A stretch of 64,000 bases of DNA from Guillardia theta CCMP2712 (Eukaryota; Protista; Cryptophyta), in NCBI RefSeq assembly GCF_000315625.1, contig NW_005434503.1, positions 36,175 through 100,174 of the forward strand, written 5' to 3'. The translations under genes and the position numbers were made by a program. This document shows positions 50,983-62,749 of this stretch, piece after piece; position 1 is the stretch's first letter, and the number at the start of each line of letters is the position of its first letter. A model generated the notes under the pieces. It did not search any database. It saw only the letters and a program-made list of their open reading frames with translations, and was not told the origin of the DNA.

Positions 50983-52628
50983 ATCGTCTCCTCTCTTGCT
51001 GCATGAGGTGCTGAAGCAGATCGGGCGCGTTCCTCTCCCTCCATACATCAAGCGCGAGGCGGACAAGGAGGACCTTGTGACCTACCAGACCAGCCACGCG
51101 CAGCACGAGGGGAGTGTAGCTGCTCCGACCGCTGGCCTGCACTTCAGCGAGAGGGTGATGAGACGGATGTCCGAGCAGGGGACGGAAACTCTGCGGGTGA
51201 CGCTGCATGTTGGTGCCGGGACGTTCAAGCCAGTGGAAGCGAATGACGTGGCCAATCACGAGATGCACCACGAGCGAATCATCGTCAACGTCAGCACAAT
51301 GAATGGAATCAAGCAGGTCCTCTCTCCTCTCTCCTCTCCTTCCCTCCCCTCCGATCCCCTCCCCTTCCCTCCGATCCTCTCTTCTCTGCTCTCCTCTCCT
51401 CTGCTCTCCTCTCCTCTCCTCTCCTCTCCTCTCCTCTGCTCTCCTCTCCTCTCCTCTCCTCTCCTCTCCTCTCCTCTCCTCTCCTCTCCTTCCCTCCCCT
51501 CCGATCCCCTCTCCTCTCCTCTGCTCTCCCCTCCTTCTTGTCAGTTTCTTCCCGCCTTTCTACTCGTCTACTTTTCCTCTCTGGTTCTCTTCTCTATCTT
51601 TTCTTTGCCCTGTCTTGTCTTCTTACTTGTCTTGTCCTCCCGCCTCCATCTCCCCATCTCTTCTCGTTTCCTTTGGGGTGATGCTCTCCTCCCAAGGCGT
51701 TGGAATCCAACAAGCTCATCGTTCCTGTTGGCACCACAACCGTTCGAACCATCGAGTCCCTATACTGGTTGTCCTCCCCTATGCTGCCCGCCCCTCCCGA
51801 CTTCTCTTCTCGCTAACCCTCTCTCTTCTCCTCTTCCTCCCCTCCCCATCCACTCCTCGCTTCCTTCCTGACCCCCCCCCCCCCTTCGGTCCCCCCCTCC
51901 CGACCCCTCTCTTCCCTCTCCCCCTTTTTTCTCTCCCCTCCCCTCCTCTTCCCTCCTCTCTCTCCCCACCCTCCCTTATCCCCCACAACTCACACCTTCT
52001 CTTCTTTGCGCTTCTCCTCCATTCTCACCGTCTTGCAGGTGGGGCGTTAAAGTGCTGCAGGGCGAAGTGGAGGAGGATGCGAAGGAGATTTCAGTGTCTC
52101 AATGGGATCCGTACAGGCTGGAGAGGAAGGTGGGGGGATGGGACAGACTGCCATCAGCACAAGAGTCGCTAGATGCTGTGCTCTCATGGAACAGACATGT
52201 CAATCTCGGAGACTTTGTCGTCGGAGAAACGCAGCTCATTATCGTTCCCGGATATCGGTGAAGTTGGACCTGAGCTCTGCTGATGGAGACGGCTGACTTC
52301 ATTCTTCTTGCTCAGTTTCGCGTTGTGCGACCTGCTCTTCACAAACTCACACCAGCCACGATCGACCCTGCTGATGCTGGTAGGAGGATAGGAGTTTGCT
52401 TCTTTCAACCCTCTTGTTGATATCTCCTAATTTTCAGGTCTCGGCATTCGTGGGAGGACAAGACAAACTAAAGAGCTTGTACCAACACGCCCTGCACAAC
52501 AACTTCAGGTAAATCTTCACTTTCGCTCCTTCACCAGTTCCCGACGCGGTTGCAGGTTTTTAAGTTATGGAGATAGCATGCTCCTCTCGTGTCCTCCATC
52601 AGCAAAACTGCCACACAGGAGCCAATAG
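49136..52628 (+). CDS. queA: Fusion of queuosine-precursor transporter (YhhQ/DUF165) and SAM:tRNA ribosyltransferase-isomerase QueA, with presequence-like leader
   Basis: One frame 49136-~51317 carries YhhQ motifs (SSNVLV, YPVTFLITDV, RIAIASGTAYLTSQLLDVRIF, VSTLVGSAVDSSLF, IGDFAMK) and QueA motifs (FDYELPAERIA, RDQSKLL, NDSKVIAAR, PLPPYIKR, YQT, GSVAAPTAGLHF, VTLHVGAGTFKPV). Spliced exons add VGTTTVRTIES, IVPGY, TNSHQPRSTLLML and RFLSYGDSMLL. Confidence 0.92.
51320..51535. repeat. Intronic (CTCCT)n polypyrimidine tract
   Basis: Directly visible; extends the called ORF spuriously to 51871. Confidence 0.9.
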
Positions 52629-52835
52629 CCTTGAAAATGATTTGCTCTTGTTTTGATTCGTCCATACAAAGTGATCGTATCAAGACTGTCAAAATAGGTG
52701 TCTGCAGGAGTCGTATTTGCAATCAATTTTATCAGAGAAAAGTAGGATTATTTCCTCAGGCGAACCCAGAAGACGATTTCCGATGGTCATGAATGATTTT
52801 TTGGCCCAATCTAAACATGAAAACAAAACTAGTAT

Positions 52836-54596
52836 CTAAATATGAAAACAAATACACTTGGATGCAACAACTAGGGTTGCTGTGACTATTCCGTAGAAGA
52901 TAGAATGGGAGTAGTGCGGACGATCCTGAGATCCTTCGATTTCTTCGGCTGAATACGTAGATCTTTCTGTCGGAAAGCTGATATTCTGAGGACCCGGTGA
53001 GAAGCTGGAATTCTTGACATGCTCAACCGGCATCAAGTCCTCACTGAAACACTTGTGGCTAGTGGAAATGTTCATTTTTGAACCAGATGTTTCGCGAAGG
53101 GACTTTGGCAACTTGTGAGTCGCAGCAAACACTTGGGGTCTTGAAAGCCTGTATCTCGAGGAGTTTGGGAAGGAGCTACATTGAAGCAGGTCATTGTCGA
53201 TTCTTTGCAACTGAGAGTCAAGGATCATCGGTCACGAACCAATGAATCAGATACTATCATCAAAGAAATGAAAGCAAGTTGACCTTTGTGCTGCTCGCTC
53301 TTGGTCTAGCGGCGGGTTCAAAGACAAGAATTTTCAAGAATGCCTGTTCAAACATGATGTTGCTGACTAACATGACAAAAACTCGTATCATCTGAGTCTG
53401 CTGGATAAAACTCTTAACTTTGCTCAAGGTATGTTTCTTCGTGTGCCCCTCGAATGTAGCACCTTTCTGCTGAAAACCATGTGCATCAGCTTTTTCTTCA
53501 AATAATTGCACAGGGTAGGAGCTTCCAGATTTGAAGATCTGTTCGCAAAATTTAGATTTCTTTCACAACTCTTTGCTTATCTGACTTACCTGTTCTTCAC
53601 TGGATTGAGTTGTCCTGCAGACAGTAGAACGTTTTGGAATAAAGTTGGCAACTTCAATGTTGTTAATTATCTCGCATGAACAAATCTTATTCAAACACCT
53701 TTGGTATGTTTCTTTCCTTTAAAGCCAAAGTGAAACTTGCCAGAAAGTGAGTAGACTTGACGTTTAAATCAAGAAATGGCGTACTGAGATCGAACTGACT
53801 TCACACGAAAAGATCGCTTTGCGAAAGAGTTGAATCCAAAATCCTTTGGTATTGAAAATCATGAAAAGCATCTCTTTCTTCATTACTTCTGGCAGCTTGT
53901 GAAGCATATCAAAGAGTTCTTGGATAAGAAGATGTATGTTTCTAGAAAGAGCTTCATCACAATTAGGATCGATTTCTCCATAGTCCTACCATAATCATTG
54001 TCAACCGTCAAAAAATGTTTTGCTACAAAACGTACATAATTTGATTCATCACCACCTTTCATTTCCCTTTTCATCAAAGTGTTATGATCAAAATCAAAAG
54101 TGAAGGAAAGAAAATACCTTTGTAAAACAGACTCTGTGCTTTCCGAGCTTTGAATCATTTCCGTTTGACCGATTTGGTTCCGTGCGTGATAAACAGCAAG
54201 ATAAGAACTTTTCTTTTCCTTGCTACCATGATTGTGCAACAGCATCCCAACAGATTGCTTAGCATAATCCATGCCTTTTGTGACTACTTTGATTCTTGGA
54301 ATTTTTGTTTCCACTTTCAGAGCTAAGCTAACGTCAAAAGCAAGATGTTGTTTGGTGCCACATTTCTCCGAAGTGTCTTGCCTCTCACAGACTTTGCTTT
54401 GTCCCAATCTCCTTCCAACCCCTTTCTTTTGAGGCTGTGCAATAACTTTACTCTGATTGATCGGTCTCATCAGCGCATAGCTTTTGCCACTCTTGTCCTT
54501 CCTCCCATTCTCTGCTGCTTCGCCGGTTTTGTCGGCACCTCGCATGCCACAAACTTTTTTTGCGCGCGCTTCCTTTCGGCGTAGGGGTCGGGTCAT
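52836..54596 (-). CDS. Hypothetical protein, probably multi-exon
   Basis: A 237-aa ORF (53883-54596) plus further minus-strand ORF blocks and gtaag donors; no motif recognised. Confidence 0.4.
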
Positions 54597-55955
54597 TTAC
54601 AAGGTCAAAGGGAGGGGTGCAATTGAAACGACTAGGTACCACACCTTTTACCTATCAAATCAAGGGTACCGGGGGGGTACTCGTGTTACTACCTTCCCTT
54701 GCTGCACCATGGCCCTCCTTTGACTTCTACCCTCGTCAATCGCCTCCTCCTCGCTCTCCTCCTCCTCCTCTCTCTCGTCTCTCCNNNNNNNNNNNNNNNN
54801 NNNNNNNNNNNNNNNNNNNNNNNNNNNNNNNNNNNNNNNNNNNNNNNNNNNNNNNNNNNNNNNNNNNNNNNNNNNNNNNNNNNNTTGCCCTCGTCGACTT
54901 CCTTTTCACCCCCTTCGTTGTCCCCCCTACATCCTCTCCTCCTCACCTTACTCCTCTTCGCCCTCCTCCTCACCTCCCCCTCTCCGCCCTCCTCCTCGTC
55001 CTCGCCTTCGCCTTCATGATGGGCATCGCAGTATTCCCGTCCTCAACTTCTCTTGACCTTTACCCTAGTCCTTCTCAGTCTTTATCCATCTTGTCTTGCT
55101 CCTCCTTCTCATCTTGATTGGTTTCTTCTTCCTCCTCCTCCCGGCGTCTCTTGCATCGTCCTCTACTTCCTCCTTCCGGCGACTCTTTCCGTCTTTCTCC
55201 ACTTTTCTCTTTTTCATCTTTCTCTCCGTCTTTTTTCTATGCTCCCCCCTTCCAACCTACACTTGTTCCTCTCCCTGCAGGTTCCTCAGCTCGTCCTCAC
55301 TCCAGCCCCCCATACATTGAGCAATCATTCTTGCGTTACATACTGTCACATACTTACATCCTATCATGGTGATAAGATCTTCAGAACACCTATCTCTCAT
55401 TTCTGCCTCTAGTCGACTCCATTTTCGACTCATTTTACAGTTCTTTCCCAGAAGTGAATAGAAGATGTTTGATCACAGTGATAAGATCGATTTATCAAGT
55501 TTTGAACATTGTATTGTGGCCTGATCCTCATTGCAGGAGTTGAGAATGTTCAAACTGCCCGAACTGAAACTGCAGCTATAACATGTCATTTGGAAGTCTG
55601 CTGCCTTAATGGGATATCGATCAGACTTGCAGCAGAGAAACTTTGAAGCTTTCGTAGTGGTGGTAGCATTTGGTGAAATTCAACCGATTCAGATTTGTTC
55701 ATTTTTTTTCAAGTTGTCCTGATCGCATAGACAAAGGGGTTACCCGAACCCACTTCCCAACTTCACTTCCTGATTTAAAGAAAAATCTTTGTCAAAGAAC
55801 AAACAAGAGAAATGAGTATGGCGGCAAACAGTTCGAGATTCGATTTGTTTTTCAAGTTTTTGACTTCATTAAAGTTAAATATCGTTCACTAGACTATATA
55901 TCACAAAAGGCAATTGACTGTAAGCAATTACACAGGTAAACAAGTACAAAGAGCA

Positions 55956-58900
55956 TTAATGCATGCTGCGCGTCTCCTCTTGAATTTCTTGTGACCCTCG
56001 GCTTGCCATGTCTCTCAACTCTTCGTCTTCGTCTACATCGTAGATGATGTCGCTCGTGAACTTGAGACGAGCCGGAAACTTCTCTCTGTATGATCCCCAG
56101 TCTGCTATTCTTCTCTCGATCATGTCCTGGAAGTTGGTCGGAGACTCGATGCTTCTGACCGGAGACACTGATCTCACCGGTGACACTGACCCGTCGGTCA
56201 CAGTCATGGAAGGACTGGAAGCCCCGTACCGCTGTAGCTCCATGAGAACTCCTTGCTCACCTTCTCGGCCGCTCCCGTCCATCTCCTTGTCCACGTTCTC
56301 CAGCTCCCCGTCGATCTTGAGCACAATCTCACCCGACACGTTGGGGTCGATCACCTCTGCTTTCTTTCCGTCCTTGGATCGATGCAGCGCGTACCTCCCC
56401 GACAAGACCACCATGATCACTGCTCCCGGGAAGCCGATGGCCATGCCGAAGATGAGCCCGGCCTGCATGGTTGAGCTGCCGGGAGTCGACGAGGGCGCTG
56501 CTGTAGTCGAGGGCGACGAGGGGGAGGTGGGGTCGACGCTCTTCACGTTGGCTCCCTGGGGAGCGGAGCTGAGCTTGGCAACGATGTTGGGCATCGACTT
56601 GCGGAGATGAGCCACGTCGAGGACCATGTCGTCAACGCTCATGAAAACGACGGCAGTCTCCATGGTGACTGAACCTCCCGAGGTCTGAAGCAGACGTCTG
56701 CCGGTCGTGCGGCTGACGGAGATGGAGATGATGAGAGCTTGCTGTATGTTGCTGCTCTTGATGGCGAGGTTGAGGTTGTCCTGCAGGTCCTGCTTCAGCT
56801 GCGCGTCCGTGAGGCTCAGCTGCTGCGGCGTGAGGCTCATGGTGAGATCCCAGACGGTCGTGGTAGCAGTAGGCAGCCCATAGCTCTTGGCGATCTCTTG
56901 CGACACGATGGTGGGAAGAGAGATGACGACGGGTGGGACGGTGCTGGAGACTGATCCTGGCTGAGAGGCAGTGGAGAGGAGGAAGCGACGTCTTGTGTAG
57001 CCGTTCTGCTTCACGCTGAAGATAACGTTCTGAGGAGAGGGAGTCAGCACAAGCCAGGAGCTACAGCAAATCTCTTACCATGATGATCTTGGCTGGGATC
57101 CAGGTGTTTCCGTCGATCTTCTGGTTGACAGGGCTGATCCACCACGCTCTCTTGTACCTTCCATTAAGCGAATAGGTCGACTTGATCACTTGCTGGTAGC
57201 TGGTAGCCAAATTCCTTACGTACTGACTGTCCGAAAAGATTCCGGCGAGAAAAGTCTCAGCGTCTTGCGAGTTGGAGGCGTTGAGCTCCATAGCAGTCAC
57301 GCGAGCTTGCTGCCACGTGTAGTTTTGCTGGACGACAGGTTCTCTCTGCTTGATGTCCCATCGGAGGTAGCAGTCGGAATTGCTGTTCTGGTCGCTCGAG
57401 CACAAATTTTGCAATGCCGTTGTCGGCGTCAAGTCCGCGTAGTTGGACAGCGAGACGTCAAAGGCTGTCTTAGCTGCGATGAGCTGCTGAACGCTATTGT
57501 AGGTGTTCGAGCCCGAGAGAAAGTGCAGAGTGATGATGTCGTCGACAACGACGTAGTCCTGCTCAGTTCCCGGGAGATTGAAGAAAGTGTCGGAGCCGTT
57601 GACAGCGAACGTCAGGAGCGCGCTCTCGGGAGCAGCTGAAGTGAAGCTGGTTGGGGTGACGAGGGTCATGTTGTCGTTGTTGACAAGGTTCTTGAGAGTG
57701 ACGAGCTTGCCTTGGGTCAGATCACTCTGAGTCGATGTCGAGCCAATTATCAAGTCCTGCGCATTCATATAAGTACCAGTCATTCTAGCATGCTCAATTT
57801 GTACTCACAGCGTTTGCTATCGCGGTGATGGTGTTCTGAAAGCTTGATTGGGTGCACCACTGGTCGTATCCGTTTGTCTCCAGCATGATCTTGGCGCGGA
57901 TGTTTGTTGAGGTGAGCTCTCCGCTAGCAGTGACCTGAGCAGCGACCGTGAAGTCAACGTAAACATAGTTGTTGGTGCTGATGTCCGACGAGGAGAAGAA
58001 ATCGATTCCCAGAGGGATGTCGATCTCAATACCATTGCCGACAGGTTGCACGGTCGTTTTCTGGGTGCAGAGGCTGAGAGTTGGAGCGCACGTGGTGGAG
58101 AGGGTGTCGAAGACTGACTTGATGCCAGCTTGCTGGTAGATGGCAGAGCTGGAGCTGTCTTCACAGGCCTGGCTGAACGTGGCGTCGGTCTCCGTGTACC
58201 CCTTGCCGACGCGGATAGAATCAAGAGGGATAAGGACGCCGTTGGCGGAGTACTTGCTGGGAAGCACAAAGGAGACTTTGAGGTATTGAGCGTTCTCGAT
58301 CGGGATGCCAGGAACAACCTCGACGTTTCCGAGATTCAGGTTCACAAAGTCCAAGAAAGTGTTCTGGATCCCGCCGTTGGTGACGAGCTGGGCGTATCCT
58401 GCGAAAGTGGTGAGAAGAGCAAGGAGAGGAGCAGCAAGCAGTACCGATGCGTTGAAGCGTCAATGCGTGTTGGGTAGCATAAGCGGACATGAGGTTGAAC
58501 GTATCAGTTGAGGTGAAGGTGGCGATGCCGACGAAGGTCTTGACCGTATAATCGGTCATGTAACCCGTCACCGTTCCAGCGTACTTCCGGAGCTCGCGAT
58601 CGTCGATTTCCAAGGTGATGGAGGAGGTTCCAGAGGAGACAATTTGCGAGACACTCATTCCGCTCAGCTGACCGGTGAAGTAGGAGCTCGTTGAAACATT
58701 GCTCAGGGGATTGGACACAGTGCTGCAGTTGGGGGCGATGACGACATTCTGGAGGTACGTGTCGAAGGTCAAGGCAGGACGATATTGGTCGTGGAAGGTC
58801 TGAAGGCAACAAGCATCGGCAAACCCGCCCGAGGCGCCTCCGCATGGGAAGTTGGACTGAACGTACGAGTCTTGCTCAATTTGGGTGTAGGAGTCCAAGT

Positions 58901-59158
58901 ACTGCCCATTGGAATTAAGTTGCGAAGCCCCGTTGATTCTTGGAACATACAGCACGTTGGTCATATACCCATTGCTTGAGGAGGTTGGCAAGGCACCCAG
59001 AGTGTAGTCGACATTGATCTTCCAGCATCCAGTATCCATACATCCTGTGTCGAAACGGATGCTCGAAATCGAAAATCCGGTGTTTTGTTGGTGGAGTATG
59101 CTCCATCGGCTGTGATTGCCAGATGAGCGATGCACACTACCAGAAGAAGAAGCTTCAT
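55956..59158 (-). CDS. Unknown type I membrane/surface glycoprotein, paralog B (frameshift near 59085)
   Basis: Signal peptide MKLLLLVVCIAHLAITADG; shared blocks with paralog A (GCW, FPC, CCL, TFVGIATF, IPLDSIRVGKG, APESALLT, LNGRYKRAWW); RRLL motif; TM LIFGMAIGFPGAVIMVVL. Confidence 0.85.
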
Positions 59159-59439
59159 TGAAGTGCTGGTCAACGTCTCTGTCCCAGAAATCGTAGCAAA
59201 CATGGACACACGATGCCTGTCCGAGTTGTGAGAGATTCACGAAAAAGGCTCACGAATGAGCGACAGACAGGAGAGGAGAGGTGCGATGAGACGATGCAGT
59301 GACAGCGGGAAGAGAAGCAGGCAGCGATAGAGAGAGGAGGAGAGGGAAGGGTTGATGTGACAGAAGCGGGAGGATGCGTCGAGGTTGGGGATGGGAGGCC
59401 TGCGGGAAACGCAGGGGCGGCGGGGAATAAAGAGTACAC

Positions 59440-62050
59440 TTCCCTGTGGTAGGGTTGGGGTCAAAAGTGAGGGGTGTGGGGGTCCTAAGGTGGCCGCCTG
59501 AGGTGATTTTAAGGGCCTGGGGTGGTGGGGCAATGGGAAATCATTCTCAAACAAGAGGAAAATCTTGGGGAGAGGGCGATGGGTAGGGTGAGGGGGCCAG
59601 GAACAATCAGAGGAGGGTGGGAGGTTGTCTCGGAAATCAAAAAGGGTGGTGGGGGTAGTAGGGTCGCTGAAGCTTCAACATCGGTCGGGGATCACGGGAG
59701 ATGTCGATGAGACCAGGGGTGGGGGTACAAGGGGTGGTGTGAAGATGGGGGTAGGGTTGTTTCCTGCGGGGTATTTGAGGGGTCTACGTTCCGAGGGGTG
59801 TAAATACTTGAAAAGGATTGCATCTATAGGGGGTGGAATGGTTGGGGGTTACTGTTGGTGGGTAAGGGTACTTCAAAATTTAAGGTACTATGTGATGAGC
59901 ACCACATGGAGGGGTATGAAAATAGGAAAAATGGTGGGTACAAGACAGCCGTTGAAGATGAGCAACTTTTGATGTGGGGTAGGGTAGGGTATGACGGGGG
60001 TACTGATTCACGTGTGCGAGTTCTGTGCATAAAAGAAGGGGTGGTACAGCTTGTGACCGGGTGTGGCAACAAAGAGGCCAGGATATCATCAGCAGATGAG
60101 CTCACGAGAGGGTGGGTACTCCTCGTGATGGGGTTGTGTCATGGGGTTGGGTAGAGTGATTCGTAAAAAATGTCTTTTTGGCGAAGAGGGCAAAATATAT
60201 ACAGGTGAGAGGGGGTGGTATCAGAGGGTGAAAGATGGGTAGGGGTGGTAAGAGGTTCCGAACGGGCCTATCGAAGGCAATAAGTCAGAAAGCACCCATG
60301 TGGTGGGGGTAGGCATATCGGGAAACCACCCCTTGACTAGACCATAATATATGGGCTGCTGACTACCGGGGGTGGTCATTCGCCATAATTGTCGCTACCA
60401 GTACGCTTAGGGCCGTCTTCTCCGAATATCTTCATACAAGAGAGGTGGGGTGGCGACCTGTACGGGGTAGGAACAGGTGATTTGTGATAGCTTTTAATGA
60501 ATAGGGTGGGGTTCTCCAAAAACTGAATCCAGTAGGGTAGGGGTAGAATGATATTTGTTGGGCAATTCGCGCTGCTAAGAATTTCGATGACCGGTGGTAT
60601 CAATTTGATTCAAAACAAGGGGTCGGGGTACATCTCAAGGATAGCAGCAGATTGGGAGATTTTCGAGAAGGGTGGGGGTAGAAACAGGATGGGGTAGCAT
60701 GAACGCAAGAAGGTTCTTTGAGGGTAGGGTGTAAGATTTCCCAAAGGATGGGTGGGGTGGTGGAAGAAGATGACACAAGATAGTACCGGGGGAGCGTGAT
60801 GACAAAGGCGGGAGTGACAAAGGAGTTCAAAAGTCATCAACAACCACAGGGGGTGGGGTGGGTCCGGGTGAATGAATGGGCCAGGGGGTAGGTGGGGAGC
60901 ACGGCACCATCAGCATCCGGATGCCACGCGGTCACGAGGGCGCAAGAAACTCGACAGTAGGGGGTGGCCCGGGGCGAGTGAAGCAGGGGTGGTCCGAAAC
61001 TAGAGAGTACCCCTACCACACGGCATCTGCGCTGTTGAAAGCAATATTCAGCCCCGAAGGTACCAGGAAGGTGGGGGTACTTATTTCCGGCGTCAGCACT
61101 CCTACATGTATAATGGACTTCACTCCCACCCCACCCATCATTCACCTCCCACCCTCAAAAAGATGCGAGAAGCAAAGGGGTCAGAAGGGCGCCAACCCTA
61201 CCCCCCCACAGCCTCTCCTTTTGACTTCGCTACTACCGGCAGTAGGCCCCGCCCGGCCTCCTCATATCGGCCAGTACCCCTCCTTTGATAGGCTTCTACC
61301 CCCACCCTTCACCCCTCAGAGGTTGAGACTCCGTCATCAAGTCCTCGCAAGAGGCCGCCCTCGCCGGGAGGACGGATGTGACGATTGACTCCAACAGTCA
61401 TCAATTTTACTACAGTCCGACCATCGTAACTTCAGGGGTGTGACCGGTGGTCTCCCATTTCCCACTAGTACCCCCACAACATCGTCCTTTGACCGGGTGT
61501 ATTTCCAGGGAGCCTGGGGTGGGGGTGGTTGGAGTGCAACGACAGGATAAATGGGTATAGTCCAGAAGGTTCCAGCTGCGGGCCCCAAGGACCGTCGGAA
61601 CAGAAGGCTAGAGGGGGGAAGGGTCCCTGTACCCACTAAACCATTAGAGCGAGACAGCATACATCTTCCACCTTCCCCCTGCCCTCCAACGGTTGTCTAC
61701 CTCGATCCCTTGGCCCATTCGGACCTTTACTCCCCAATCACGGCACCCTGTACCGACCAACTCTCTTGAGAGCTCGCCCTCTCCAGGGTTGACCTTTACC
61801 CACCCCGTCCTCTTAGTAACCTGCCCTCTACAGTCAAAACCACCCCCACCCTCACCCATCACACTCTCGTCGCTCGACTGGTACGGTCACGTTCAGACTT
61901 CTTGGCCCGTGGAGCAAAGCGGAGATCGCAGGAGATCCAGTCAAAGCCCTCTTTGAACCGCAACGGTTCGTCCGACCACCACAAAGACTACCAGAAGAGA
62001 GCTAATGGGGGCCGCGAGATCAAGAGGAGATTCTGGGGAGATACCTGATA
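59440..62050. other. GGGGT/ACCCC-rich non-coding tract
   Basis: Dense GGGGTGG/GGGTAGG words with no credible ORF. Similar tracts occur at ~19200-19830, 30900-31260, 36740-37830 and 42340-43330. Confidence 0.6.
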
Positions 62051-62749
62051 TCACTGCGGGTCAGTCCGTGCCATCAATGGGTGTGGTCTTATGTCAAGTG
62101 ACATTCGTGACTACCAGTCAGACTCTGACCCCCTCTAAAAACGGACTCTACTCTGGCTTCAAATCTGTTCCCAGGCGCGCGTAGCCCATCATGTGATTCG
62201 AGTCCCGGAGTCCGTCCGGGAAGTTCCGCAGTTCCGGTGACGGTTGACGGCGGCCAGGGCCGCCGCCCGCCGCCGATCCCCGTCGGAGTGGGCCCACGAA
62301 ACAGCCGGCCGCTGCGGCTTCCGGGCCGAGGGGCCCGGCGCCGGCGCTTACTTTGAACTTCAGAACCGTCACCCGGACTCGACCCGGTGGTACACGGTAC
62401 CCGGTGCCCGGTGCCCCCGGGCCCCCCGGTGCCAGGACCGTCACGGTCAAGACTCTTGGAACTTGTGACTTGACCGTACGGTTGAGCCGGCGGCCCCCTG
62501 GGCGCCGGGCACGGTCTGTACCCCTCCTCCCGGCCCGGCCCGGCCGGGCCGGGCCCGGCCTGATTCAAGTTACTATCAGTTCAGTTAGTTATCAGTACTC
62601 GGCTGCCCGGCCGGGCCACCGTACCCGGCGGTCCCGGGCCGGGAGGCTGGGCACGGTCCGGCCGGAGTCACGGTGCAGGCTCCGGCGGCAGACTCATGGA
62701 TCAATGAGGGGATGTGGGGTCACTTTCCGAAAGGGGAAGGAAGAACAAG

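Noticed and set aside
49970-51271. 433-aa antisense ORF opposite QueA
   Set aside because: A shadow ORF typical of GC3-rich coding sequence; similar ones lie opposite the MFS, RECQL and TYW4 genes.
51318-51871. Leu/Ser/Pro-rich C-terminus of the 911-aa ORF
   Set aside because: Mostly intronic CTCCT repeat; QueA motifs resume in another frame at ~51697.
49136-52628. Bacterial contamination explaining queA/yhhQ
   Set aside because: The gene has canonical spliceosomal introns, host-type microsatellites and eukaryotic neighbours.
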